Below are positions 49,056 through 59,542 of a stretch of 64,000 nucleotides of DNA, one piece after another. The DNA is from Ostreococcus lucimarinus (Eukaryota), in NCBI GenBank assembly GCA_000092065.1, contig CP000593.1; one strand, written 5' to 3'. Both the position numbers and the translations under genes were made by a program. Numbering within the stretch: position 1 is the first letter of the stretch; each line of letters begins with the position of its first letter. The notes under the pieces are model-generated. The model ran no database searches, was not told the DNA's origin, and saw only the letters and a program-made list of their open reading frames with translations.

Positions 49056-50285
49056 CTATCGTCGCGGCGCCTCGTCGTCGTCGTCCGCGGCGCGCTCTAA
49101 CAACCGTCGCGCGGCTTCGAAGACGCTAAAAGTAATCGCGCTCGCGGGGGCGGACTTGATCAGACTCGGCATCAAGCCCTTGTAAAACCCACCCACGCCC
49201 TCGCTGCGCGCGATCGTTCGCACGGCGGCGAAGAAACTTTTGTACGCGCCCGCGTCGACGCGTTGGCCGTAGGCTAAACTTCGAGAGAATCCGGCGACTT
49301 GGAATCGTTTCTTGACGACGTCGAGCGGGTGAATGACGAGCCGCGCGATGGTGCCCGCGGCGAACCCGCACGCGAAATCGTTCTCCCCGAACACTTCGGG
49401 GAGGTTTGATTTCAACGCAGCGTACGAGCCGAACTGCACCGCGCTCGCGGGAACGATCTCGGCGAGCGTCACGGAGACGCCCGCGTACAAACCTTTGGCG
49501 ACGCCGCGTTCGCGAACGACGCCGAGCGCGGCGTCGAACACGTTATTATACACCTTCGGGTGACCCTGACTCGCCAGTAACGTTCGAATGACATCGAACG
49601 GGTACGTCGCCACCGTCGCCACCGATCCCGCGGCGGCGCCACCGATGAAACTCACCGGCAGTCCCGCCGTCGATCCCGGTTTCGCGCGCTCCCGCTCCCT
49701 CGCCGCCTCCTTAAACTTATTCAACACCGTGAACTGTATCGCCGTGTACGGCACCCACAGCAGCAGCGCCGGCACCGTCCCCGCCCACATCGCGCGCCCC
49801 CCCTCCTCGCGCAGTATCGTCCGCGTCGCGTCCGCCAGCCCTCGATACTTCCCGCTCGCGCCTCGCTCGACTTGCACCTGCAACCGAATCTTAATCACGT
49901 CCAACGGCGCCACGCACACGCGCGCCGTCGCGCCCGCCAGCGCGCCCGCCGTCGTCGTCACCCACACCGCCGTCGTTCGCGCGTCCTCGCTCGCGTCCCT
50001 CGCGATTCGCGTCCTCCCTCTCGTCGCGTCTCGCGTCGTCGTCGCCGTCGTCCCGCTCGCGGCTCGCGCGCGCGCCTCCTCTCGCGTCCCTTCGCGTCGT
50101 TTCGCCGACGTCGACGCCTCCGCGCCGCGCGCGCTCGCGCGCGACATCGTCGCCGTCGTCACCGTCGCCGCGAGCGTCGCCGCGGCGAGCGCGCGCGTCG
50201 CGCGCGTCGTCGTCTCGCGTCGCTTTCCGCGCGCGTGGAATTGGAATTTGAATCCCGGCGCGCCGTCGCCGAACGCCGCGCGCAT
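49056..50285 (-). CDS. Mitochondrial carrier, thiamine-pyrophosphate-carrier-like
   Basis: APLDVIKIRLQVQ, YPFDVIRTLL and HPLDVVKKRFQ repeats; long N-terminal extension. Confidence 0.8.
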   Translation of the reverse strand: MRAAFGDGAPGFKFQFHARGKRRETTTRATRALAAATLAATVTTATMSRASARGAEASTSAKRREGTREEARARAASGTTATTTRDATRGRTRIARDASEDARTTAVWVTTTAGALAGATARVCVAPLDVIKIRLQVQVERGASGKYRGLADATRTILREEGGRAMWAGTVPALLLWVPYTAIQFTVLNKFKEAARERERAKPGSTAGLPVSFIGGAAAGSVATVATYPFDVIRTLLASQGHPKVYNNVFDAALGVVRERGVAKGLYAGVSVTLAEIVPASAVQFGSYAALKSNLPEVFGENDFACGFAAGTIARLVIHPLDVVKKRFQVAGFSRSLAYGQRVDAGAYKSFFAAVRTIARSEGVGGFYKGLMPSLIKSAPASAITFSVFEAARRLLERAADDDDEAPRR

Positions 50286-50668
50286 TCGCGCGCCGCGCCG
50301 GCGCGTTCGAACGCCGACGTTCGAGCGCGCGTCGCGTCGTCGCGTCGGCGCCGCGCCGCGCCGACGTCTCGCGCGATTCGACGGCGCGCGCGCGATCGAG
50401 CGCGCGACGATGCTTACACTAAACTATCACGTACACTAAATACACACACCCGTATGTCCGAATACGTACGACCAGTATTGTGATTCATATTTACCCCATC
50501 ACGTATATTTTCTCGAAACGCTATCCACGACGGCGCCACGCGCCACACCGCGACGCGACGCGACCGCGCGACGCGCCGGCGCGCGCTCGACCGCGCGCGC
50601 GCGACTCGAGCGTCGACTCGACCGCGCTCGACCGCGCGCGAGCGCCGACGGACGCCGCGGTGGCGACG

Positions 50669-50688
50669 ATGCCGACGACGACGATGCG

Positions 50689-50719
<31 letters not shown>

Positions 50720-52681
50720 CGCGGCGGGCGACGCGCGCGCGAGGGACGCGCGCGCGACGACGGGCGACGACGCGCGATGCCTCGATGCGGCGCGACGGCG
50801 CGGGACGAGCGCGCGATGGGACGCGCGCGATGGGCGGGACGAGGGCCGGGACGCGCGCGAGCCGGGACGCGCGCGGCGGCGTCGGGCGACGATAAAAAGG
50901 CGCTGACGCTCGAGGAGCGCATCGCGAGCGGAGAGTTCACGAAGGCGTCGTCCACGGGACCGTTTCGAAAGGTGGCGGACGGGCTGCGGGGACTGGTGCC
51001 CGAAGACGCGGGACCGGTGGGGCGAGGGGTGTCGCTGGCGCTCGCGAGGTTATCGAGGCGGTGGCGCGCCGAGGCGATGTCGAAGATGCCGGTGGCGAGC
51101 GGGGACATTCGCGAGATCGCGGGACAACCGGTTTTTGTGCCGCTGTATAAGCTGTTCTTGGCGTACGGGGAGATGTTCGTCCTGGCGATCGGGCCGAAGA
51201 AATTCGTCGTCGTGAGCGACAACGCGGTGGCCAAGGAGATGTTGCTCACGCAGGCGAAGAGCTTCTCCAAGGGATTGCTGTCGGAGATTTTGGACTTTGT
51301 CATGGGTCAGGGGTTAATCCCGGCGAACGGTGAGGTGTGGAAGATTCGACGCAAGGTGATCGTGCCGAGCTTGCACAAAAAGTACGTCACGTCCATGGTG
51401 GACATGTTCGGCGACTGCGGGTTGAAGGGGATGTCGCAGCTCGCGCGCGCGGAGAAGGCGAACGAGTCGGTGGAGATGGAGAACTTTTACTCGCGATTCG
51501 CCTTGGATATCATAGGCAAGGCGGTGTTCAATTACGATTTCGACTCCTTGTCCACGGACGACCCCGTGATCAAAGCCGTGTACACGGTTTTGCGCGAAGC
51601 CGAGTACCGGAGCGTGACGTTTATTCCCTATTGGAAGGTTCCCCCGCTTCGCTGGCTCGTGCCGAGGCAGCGTCAGTGCCAGGAGGCGCTGCAAGTGGTG
51701 AACGACACCTTGGATGACCTCATCAACCGATGCAAAGCCGTGGTGGAGGAAGAGGATGAGGAATTCGTCGAGGAGTACATGAACACGGACGATCCGAGCA
51801 TTTTGCACTTTCTCATCGCGAGCGGCGACGACGTGACGTCCAAGCAACTTCGCGATGATTTAATGACGCTCCTGATCGCCGGCCACGAAACCACCGCCGC
51901 GGTGCTGACGTGGACGACATTTTTGCTCGCCAAGCACCCCGAAGTGAAGGCCAAGGTATTCGAGGAGGTTGACCGCGTCGTCGGCGACCGCAACCCGACG
52001 GTGGCGGATATGCGCGCGCTCGTGTACACGACGCGCGTCATCAACGAGTCCATGCGACTTTACCCGCAACCTCCGGTGTTAATCAGGCGCGCGTTAGAGC
52101 CCGTCACCCTCGGAGGGTACAACATCGACGCCGGAACCGACTTCTTCATTTCGGTTTGGAACTTGCACAGAAACCCGCGGATTTGGGACGAACCCGACGC
52201 GTTCAAGCCCGAACGCTTCCCGATCGACGCCCCGATGCCGAACGAGTACACCGAAGAGTACGCGTACTTGCCCTTCGGCGGTGGCCAGCGCAAATGCGTG
52301 GGCGATCAGTTTGCTATTTTTGAGTCAATCGTGTCGCTCGCCATGCTCATGCGACGATTCGACTTTGAACTCGACGAGTCCAAGCACCCCGACGGCGAAT
52401 GCGGCATGACGACGGGCGCGACGATTCACACCACGAACGGCTTGCACGTCAAGCTCAAGCGCCGCGATGGGCGAGGTGGGCGAGAGATGGACGGCACGTA
52501 CGTCACCGGTATGGCGTTGAGCAACCTGGAAGACGTCGACGTCGTTCGAGGGTCCATCGACGCCCCGACGGCGAGCGCGGACGAGTTCGACGCCGCCGTC
52601 GACGACGTTGACGGGGACACGTCGGAGAAACTCGAGCGCGCGAAAGAGATCATCGAGGAAGAGACAGCGAAGGCGCGCTAG
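50669..52681 (+). CDS. CYP97: Cytochrome P450, CYP97 family (carotenoid hydroxylase-like), plastid-targeted
   Basis: LLIAGHETTAAVLTW, ESMRLYPQPP, FGGGQRKCVGDQFA heme-Cys loop typical of CYP97; Thr/Arg-rich transit peptide; first credible ATG at 50669. Confidence 0.9.
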
Positions 52682-52845
52682 TCGTAGGCAACGAAAATCG
52701 CATCGATCGTTCATCATCAGTAGCTCAAACGAATTTTAATTCTATTCATCGGAACGTCGAACGCCGAAGCGCGGTGGTGTCTCGCTTAGCGATAACGCTT
52801 ATAATATCGGTATTAAGAAAGAATCGCGCGCGCACGCAGTCTAGT

Positions 52846-54237
52846 CTACAACAAGAGTTTATTAAGCGCATCGTCCATGTCGTTCACCACCACCGTCGCC
52901 GTGGACGTGTCGGAGTCGAGCGGATAAATAAACGTCACCACGGCGGTGATGTCGTCGGCTCGCTCGTCGTGCTCTTGCCAACGCGAGAACGCGGCGCGCA
53001 CGATGGCGTGCGCGGCGCGTTCGGCGGCACCGGGCATGTTCTCCTCGTAAAATTTCTCCGCGATCGCCATCGTTTCCGCGCTGGACATGAACTCGAACAC
53101 GCCGTCGGAGGCGACGACGACGCACCGCGTCGACGGCTCGGCGTTCAAGTCAAACTCGCTCATCTCGGGCGTCGCGCTCACGCCGAGCGACTTCCCCACG
53201 GTGTCACCGATCGAGCGAGTGAACGCGCATCCGGGAAAACGATAACCAGCCATGAAAACGCGCGGCGGGTCGTCGCAATATTCCTCGTCCGAACCCGGTT
53301 CGCCGTCGCCAAAGTCCTCGTGCGCCTCGGTTTCGCCCAAAACCATGCCGATGGTGGCGAACGTCATCGGCGACGTCGCCTCCGCTTTCATCCGCGCGCG
53401 CTCGTCCGCGCGAAAGCACGTCTGATCATGCGTCAAATCTCTCACCTCCCATCGCCTCGTGTGTCGATTCCCGACCGCGACGCCCGCCGCGCGCTCGACG
53501 CCGACGACGCATCGCGAATCCCCGACGTTTCCCACGCGCACCACGCCTTCGTCATCAAACAGCGCCGTGATCGCCGTCGACCCCGAAAACGACGCGTTCT
53601 CCCCCATCTCTTTGCACACCACCGCGTTCACCGCCTCGAACGTCCGCGCGTACCCATCCCTCAGCGCCGCGCCTCCCCGCGTCTCCCTCGCCAGCGTCTC
53701 CGCGAACGTCGCCCGCGCGATTTGCGCGCACTCCTCCCCGTGCTTCCCGTGCCCATCGAACACCCCCACCAGCACCCGTCCCGTCTCTCGCCGCGCCACC
53801 GCATCGTTTCCCTCCCCATCGATCACCGCCTCCTCGTGCGCCATCTCCCTTCCCTCCCACGTCGCGCACGCGTCCTGATTCACGTGATGATCCTTGTGCG
53901 GATAACATCCCTCCTGGCAGCACCACGCCACGCGCGCCGCGAACCGCGCGCTGAGCGCATACGCCCGTTCGCTCGCCACCTCCCGTCGCGTCGCGTCCAT
54001 CTCGAACCTCAGCGGTCGCGCGCGCGGCGGCTTCGCGCGCGGTCGCCACGCCGTCGCCGCGCGTCCCGCGCGCGCGTTATCCGCTTTCGCGTCGGTCGCT
54101 GTCGGCGCGTTTGCGTCGATCGCGGGCGTCGCCGCGCGACGCGCCGGATCGAACGCGACCGTCGCGCGCGCCGCGTCGTGGCCATCGCGCGCGGGCGCGC
54201 GCTCGCGCGCGCGGTACGCGCCGGGCGCGAGCGCCAT
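52846..54237 (-). CDS. Protein phosphatase 2C
   Basis: GVFDGHGKHG, GSTAI...VGNVGDSRCVV, FTRSIGD, VVASDGVFEFM motifs. Confidence 0.85.
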   Translation of the reverse strand: MALAPGAYRARERAPARDGHDAARATVAFDPARRAATPAIDANAPTATDAKADNARAGRAATAWRPRAKPPRARPLRFEMDATRREVASERAYALSARFAARVAWCCQEGCYPHKDHHVNQDACATWEGREMAHEEAVIDGEGNDAVARRETGRVLVGVFDGHGKHGEECAQIARATFAETLARETRGGAALRDGYARTFEAVNAVVCKEMGENASFSGSTAITALFDDEGVVRVGNVGDSRCVVGVERAAGVAVGNRHTRRWEVRDLTHDQTCFRADERARMKAEATSPMTFATIGMVLGETEAHEDFGDGEPGSDEEYCDDPPRVFMAGYRFPGCAFTRSIGDTVGKSLGVSATPEMSEFDLNAEPSTRCVVVASDGVFEFMSSAETMAIAEKFYEENMPGAAERAAHAIVRAAFSRWQEHDERADDITAVVTFIYPLDSDTSTATVVVNDMDDALNKLLL

Positions 54238-54480
54238 GTGACGCGTTACCGGGACGCGGCGGCGCGTGGCGGCGGGGCGACCGACCGTATGTGCGTAAAC
54301 AGTACAGACGACATTTTCGACGCCCGCGCGTCGACGTCTCGAACGAATTCGTTCTCGAATACGACGTATGGAGGCGCAGTCAGCGCGCTGTTTGCGCGGT
54401 GCTTCAATACGGGCGGTGTGATTTAATTAGCGCCGACGGATCGCGCGATCGACGGCGCGCGCGCGACACGGCGACGCGCG

Positions 54481-56018
54481 ATGCGCGACCTGACGTCGAC
54501 GGTGCGACGCGACGCGACGCGAGCGCGACGCGACGCGCGACGGGAGACGACGGGAGACGACGGGCGGCGACGCGACGAGCGGACGGCGAACGCGAACGCG
54601 GCGACGCGGCGGCGGCAGGGTTTGCGCGATCGCGACGGCGACGCGGCGCGCGCGACGGCGGCGGACGCGCGAGGACGCGGGCGAAGAGTAACGCATCGCG
54701 AACGCGTCGCGGACGCGAAGGGCCGACGCGCCGCGGTCGAGCGCGAGGACTGACGGAGCGCGGGACGACGACGCAGATCGCGGCGCGGCTGGACGCGCAC
54801 CTGACGCTGCCGCTGCTGGAGTTCGCGCTCGCGGAGGGCACGCACGATGCGAAGTCGCTGCGAGAGGCGAAGCTGGCGACGCTGGTGAAGACGAAGATGT
54901 GCGATTGGGCGGAGGAGGCGCGCGCGGAGGCGAGCGGGTCGGGATCGGCGGCGGAGGCGAAGGCGAGGCGGGACGCGACGGTGGAGGCGCACGCGGCGCT
55001 GGGGAAGGCGGCGGCGCGGGCGGTGAAGTTCGCGAGCGATGGGGCGCTGATCAAGAACTTGCGACGGGATAAGGCGGCGAACGCGAAGTTCGCGGAGGAT
55101 AATCACGGGGTGACGAGCGCGGACGTGGACGCGCTGTACAAGTTTGCCAAGTTTGAGTACGAGTGCGGCGATTACGAAAACGCCTCGGAGCACTTGGGCG
55201 CGGTGCAGTTGTTGAGCGCGGACAACGAGCGGTGCGAGAGCGCGCTGTGGGGGAAGTTCGCGGCGGACATTTTGTTGCGGAACTGGGGCGGGGCTCTGGA
55301 CGACATGAATAGGTTGCGAGACGCGTTGGAGAGCAACGCGAGCACGAGCAACCTCGTCAAGATGAAGCAGCGCGCGTGGTTGTTGCATTACGCCCTGTTC
55401 GTCTTCTTCAACCACCCGAACGGTCGCAACTTGATCATCGACGTGTTGTTCCAGGAGCGATACATGCAAGCGGTGCAACAAGAGGCGCCGCATTTGTTGC
55501 GTTACCTCGCCGTCGCCATCGTCGCCAACAAGAAGCGCCGCAACATGCTCAAAGACTTAGTGAAGATTATCCAGAGCGACGTGTACGACGATCCCGCGCT
55601 CGACTTCGTCGTCGCGGCCTTCGTCGACTACGACTTCTCCAAGACGCAAGAGATGCTGAAGAAGTGCGACGCGATGATTGAAAAGGATTTCTTTTTAATC
55701 GGCTGCAAGGACGCGTTTGACGAAAACGCTCGACAGTACGTCATCGAAAACTACTGCAAGGTGAACAAGCGCATCGACATCGCCAACTTGGCGCAAATGC
55801 TCGGTATGCCCGCCGCCGACGTCGAGGCCACCATCGCGACTCTCATCCGCGGCAGTAAGCTCAACGCGCGAATCGATTCCGAAGCCGGCTTCGTGCACGT
55901 GCACGTCGAGAAGAAATCCGTCAACGAGCAAATCATCGAAAAGACCAAAGCCTTGCTGTCCAAGACCACCGCCCTCACGCAAGCCGTGTTGGCCAACACC
56001 CAGGCGCAGGCGTATTAA
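54481..56018 (+). CDS. EIF3E: Translation initiation factor eIF3 subunit E (INT6), 2 exons: 54481..54501 and 54777..56018
   Basis: PCI-domain protein. The 21-nt exon 1 (MRDLTST) spliced to IAARLDAHLTLPLLEFA aligns without a gap to the animal eIF3e N-terminus (..[21 protein letters not shown]). The long ORF from 54111 has no usable ATG. Confidence 0.85.
54502..54776 (+). other. Spliceosomal intron (275 nt) of eIF3e
   Basis: GTGCGA donor, GGACTGACGG branch motif 24 nt before the ACGCAG acceptor; exon 2 is in frame with ORF 54111..56018. Confidence 0.8.
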
Positions 56019-56097
56019 CGACAATTTGTCATCGTCAACGCACCGGTATAGTTCGCGCCGCGCCGCGTCCCTCGCGTCACTTCGCCTCGCGCGCGCG

Positions 56098-56475
56098 ATG
56101 TCCCCGCCCCTCCGTCGCCTCGCGCGCCTCGTCCCGCGCGTCGCCGACGCGCGCGCGTTCGCGTCCGGCGCGGGCAAAGACGTCGTCCGCCGCGACTCGA
56201 GCGACGTCGCGTCGTCGTCGTCGTCGTCGGACGCCAATCCTTGGCGACCGGTGGTGGACCGCGAGACGCGGCGCGTGTACTTTTGGAATCCTCGCACCGG
56301 CGAAACCTCCGCGGTCGGCGCGCCGCGCCCCGCGACGGAATTTTTAGCGGACGATCCAGGCGCGTCCGCGCGCGAGGGAATCGGGACGCAGATCGGGTCG
56401 GCGTTCGCGATGGGCGCGGGCGCGTCCCTCGGTTTCGCGGCGGTCGCCGTCGCGGCGAGAATCGCGTTCGGTTGA
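56098..56475 (+). CDS. Small hypothetical protein: presequence, degenerate WW-like motif, Gly/Ala-rich C-terminal TM segment
   Basis: MSPPLRRLARLVPRV..., NPWRPVVDRETRRVYFWNPRTGETS, GSAFAMGAGASLGFAAVAVAARIAF; ORF start 56026 is TTG, first ATG is 56098. Confidence 0.4.
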   Translation: MSPPLRRLARLVPRVADARAFASGAGKDVVRRDSSDVASSSSSSDANPWRPVVDRETRRVYFWNPRTGETSAVGAPRPATEFLADDPGASAREGIGTQIGSAFAMGAGASLGFAAVAVAARIAFG

Positions 56476-56700
56476 TCGCGAGCGGTTCTTTAAAGACGCG
56501 ATCGATCGCGCGGATGGCGCGAACGCGCGTGGATCTCGTAGCGCGCTGTTGTTACAAAAGAATGGTTTCGTGGGTGCATCGCGGGATGGTTTCGTGAGCG
56601 CGTCGCGAGTTCGCGACGGGACGCCGACCTCGACGGCGTCCTCGCCGTTCCGACCAAATTTCACTCAAAAAATGTTTCGCCGACGCGCGACCGGTCCGCA

Positions 56701-57237
56701 TCACAGCGCGTCTCGCGAGGATAGACGACGAGAATAATCATCGCTCGACGGCGTCGTCGTCGCCGCCGCGCGCTCGAATTCTCGATCGGAATCTCGAAAT
56801 AAAATCCCGAGCGCCTCGAGCGCGGAGCCCCCGCGGGTCTGTAGAATTTCCTTCATCGGCGCCACCGAGGCGTAACCCACGCGAGGCTTCGCGCGTCGTT
56901 CGCCCTCGTCCGCGCGCGACGATTCCGACGAATCGTCGCGCCGTTCGATCCCGAGCGCGTCGAAATCTTGGAAAAGCGTCCCCGCGCGTTCTCGTTCTCG
57001 TTCTCGTTCTCGTCTCGGGACGTCCCGCGCGCGCGCCTCTTCGCTCTTCGCGCGCCGGTGCTTTCGCGCGTCGCGCGAGACCGCGCGCGGACGAAACTCG
57101 ACGCGCGCGTTCGCGTCCTCGCGCTTCGGCGCGCGTCGCGCGCGGCGCGGCGACGCCGGCGCGCTCGCGACGTCCCGTCGCGCCGCCGCGTCTCGCCGCG
57201 GCGAGGGCACCTTCACCCGGCTCGACGACGTTCCCAT
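56701..57237 (-). CDS. Hypothetical protein (possible N-myristoylated MG... start)
   Basis: The C-terminal part of ORF 56701..57684 has non-repetitive composition (TLFQDFDALGIERRDD...MKEILQTRGGSALEALGILF). ATG at 57237; contains an (RE)4 repeat. Confidence 0.25.
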   Translation of the reverse strand: MGTSSSRVKVPSPRRDAAARRDVASAPASPRRARRAPKREDANARVEFRPRAVSRDARKHRRAKSEEARARDVPRRERERERERAGTLFQDFDALGIERRDDSSESSRADEGERRAKPRVGYASVAPMKEILQTRGGSALEALGILFRDSDREFERAAATTTPSSDDYSRRLSSRDAL

Positions 57238-57542
57238 CGCCGGCGACCGCGCGAGCGCCGGAAGCGCGTTCCCGTGTTCGTCCGTGATCAGGCACATGCG
57301 CCCGCGCGCGTCTCGGACGTCGCGCGCGAGGTGGCCGCGCCGACTGTCCGGAGACGCCCACCCCGAGCGCACGTCGCGAACTGCGGCGCGGCGTCGACCG
57401 CGACCGCTCGCGCGGCGACGCGCCGCGTCGATTTTCGTCGATTCGATCCTCGGCGGTATCGGAACGCGCCGATTCTCGGCGGTCTCGGAACGCGCGACGA
57501 GTCGGGAACCGATGGGCGCGGATTTTCGTTTGGTCGTTGCCA

Positions 57543-57603
57543 ACGCTACGACGCGAACGCGCGCGACGCCTGACGACGCTACGACGCGAACGCGCGCGAC
57601 GCC
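57543..57603. repeat. 28-bp direct repeat x2 (57543..57570, 57576..57603), 5-bp spacer
   Basis: ACGCTACGACGCGAACGCGCGCGACGCC occurs twice; on the minus strand each copy encodes ASRAFAS-stop. Confidence 0.9.
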
Positions 57604-58016
57604 ACGCGCGCGACGAAAGAATACAAGGAATACGCGCCGCCGACGACGGCGAAGAACGCGACGACGGCGAAGGCGGCGAACCACTCGCGCGAGACGCGCG
57701 CGCCGTCGGCCGCGGCGGCGACGCCGTCGGCCGCGGCGGTCGGTTTCTTTTTCTTTTCGTTTTCGCGTCGTCGAGCCGCGCCGTTCGACGCGTCGCCGTC
57801 CGCGTCATCCCGCGACGCGTCTTCGCGCGCCGCGGCGACTTCGCGCGCTCGCAAGAACGCGTCGATCTCGGCCATTCGCCGCGCCTTCTTCTCGGCTTTG
57901 TCCAGCTCGCGGCGCCGCGTCGCCGTCGAGGGCGGTTTCGCCGCGTCGATCGAGGTCGTCGCCGTCGTCGCGGCGTCTTCGCTCGTCGTCGCGACGTCCG
58001 CGCGCGCGACGCGCAT
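57579..58016 (-). CDS. Hypothetical tail-anchored coiled-coil protein (145 aa)
   Basis: ATG at 58016. RRRELDKAEKKARRMAEIDAFLRAREVAAARE, a KKKK tract, and a C-terminal hydrophobic segment WFAAFAVVAFFAVVGGAYSLYSFV. Divergent from the Era gene, with starts 70 bp apart. Confidence 0.3.
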   Translation of the reverse strand: MRVARADVATTSEDAATTATTSIDAAKPPSTATRRRELDKAEKKARRMAEIDAFLRAREVAAAREDASRDDADGDASNGAARRRENEKKKKPTAAADGVAAAADGARVSREWFAAFAVVAFFAVVGGAYSLYSFVARVASRAFAS

Positions 58017-58085
58017 CGCGGCGCGGTCGACGCGCGCGGCACAGTGCCGCGCGAGGATCGAATCGATTCGCGTTCGTGCGTCGCG

Positions 58086-59405
58086 ATGTCGGCGTCGCGC
58101 GCGCTTCGTCGCGTCGTCGCGGGCGCGTCGAACGCGTCGCGACCCGCGCGCGGCGCGTCGGCGGTCGCGGACGCCGCGCCGCGCGTCGGCGGCGGCGAAG
58201 GGCGCGAATCGACGTCGTCGTCGATGCCGGCGTCGCGGTGGCGTCGCGGCGCGCGCGCGCGCGGCGCGTGCGACGGGACGACGTCGTCGCGGTGCGCGCC
58301 GTCGTCGTCGTACCTGGAGTCGAAGCGTCGACGCGCGGCGGTGGCGGCGGCGATCGCGCGGTCGACGCGCGCGGCGGCGGCGGCGGCGGCGCGGCGAGCG
58401 CGCGCGTGGGACGCGACGGCGCGCGCGGACGCGCGCGACGGCGCGTACCGCGACGACGGCGCGCGTCGCGTCGAAAAGTTGTCGCGGGTCGGCGTGCTGG
58501 GCGCGCCGAACGCGGGGAAGAGCGCGCTGGCGTGCGCGCTCGTCGGCGACGCGGTGAGCGCGGTGAGTCGAAAGACGAACACGACGCGGACGCGCGCGCT
58601 GGGGGTGCGCACGGTCGGGGACGCGCAGGTGGTGTTCGTGGACGCGCCGGGGATCGTGGGGCGCGAGCACTACAGGAACGCGGCGCACGCGAGAAAGGTG
58701 GAGGACGCGACGGCGCTGGCGAGCGAGTGCGACGCGTTGGTCTTCGTCGTGGACGCGGCGAGACAGTTGGAGCGACGGGATTTGCGCGTGCTGGAGGCGG
58801 TGCGAAAGACGCGAGCGGCGCTGGGGGAGATGCGCGCGCCGCCGGAGGCGGTGCTGGTGCTGAATAAGGTTGATAAGATTCCGAAGGAGCGACGCGCGGG
58901 GTTGACGAAGATGGTGGACGATTTCCGCGCCGCGGGGGATTTTGAATTCGCGCGCGTGTTTCCCGTCAGCGCGCTCACGGGGGCGGGAACGAGAGCGCTG
59001 ATGGATCACATCGTCGCCGGCGCTCGGGAGGCGCCGTGGGAGTTCGACGCGACGTCGACGAGCGATATGACGCCGGCGCAGAGGGCGCTGGAAATCGTGC
59101 GCGAGAGCGTGTACGACGGCGTGCACGAAGATTTACCGTACGGCATCGACATCGCGCACGTCTCGTGGGAAGACTTTAGAAACGGTGACGCGCGCATAGA
59201 GCAAAATATTTTAGTCGACACCGCGTCGCAGAGGAAAATAGTCGTCGGAAAGTCGGGCGAAGTCGTCGGGCGAATCGGCATCAACGCCAGAGCGATGCTC
59301 GAGCGCGCGCTCAATCGCAAAGTGCACTTGATCCTGAACGTGAGACTGAAGAAGAAGAAGAAGAACTATCGCAGCGATGACGTCGTGTTCGCGGAGCAGT
59401 ACTGA
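58086..59405 (+). CDS. ERA: Era-like GTPase (organellar) with C-terminal KH domain
   Basis: VGVLGAPNAGKSAL (G1), SRKTNTTR, VDAPG (G3), NKVD (G4), KH-type QRKIVVGKSGEVVGRIGINAR; ATG at 58086 follows an Arg-rich non-coding-looking stretch. Confidence 0.8.
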   Translation: MSASRALRRVVAGASNASRPARGASAVADAAPRVGGGEGRESTSSSMPASRWRRGARARGACDGTTSSRCAPSSSYLESKRRRAAVAAAIARSTRAAAAAAARRARAWDATARADARDGAYRDDGARRVEKLSRVGVLGAPNAGKSALACALVGDAVSAVSRKTNTTRTRALGVRTVGDAQVVFVDAPGIVGREHYRNAAHARKVEDATALASECDALVFVVDAARQLERRDLRVLEAVRKTRAALGEMRAPPEAVLVLNKVDKIPKERRAGLTKMVDDFRAAGDFEFARVFPVSALTGAGTRALMDHIVAGAREAPWEFDATSTSDMTPAQRALEIVRESVYDGVHEDLPYGIDIAHVSWEDFRNGDARIEQNILVDTASQRKIVVGKSGEVVGRIGINARAMLERALNRKVHLILNVRLKKKKKNYRSDDVVFAEQY

Positions 59406-59542
59406 TTAGTCGTAGGCGTAGTCGTAGATGGACGCGGCGCGGACAACCTTCGGGGCGTCTCGTAGCGGTAAACAACAACAAATCAATCACAACTGCACAA
59501 TAACGTTAAACACGACGCGCCTCGCTTCGAAGCGCGACGCGA

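Noticed and set aside
54111-54480. Using ORF start 54111 as the eIF3e start
   Set aside because: It would add ~220 Arg-rich residues overlapping the PP2C 5' end, with no homology. The micro-exon model reproduces the conserved N-terminus.
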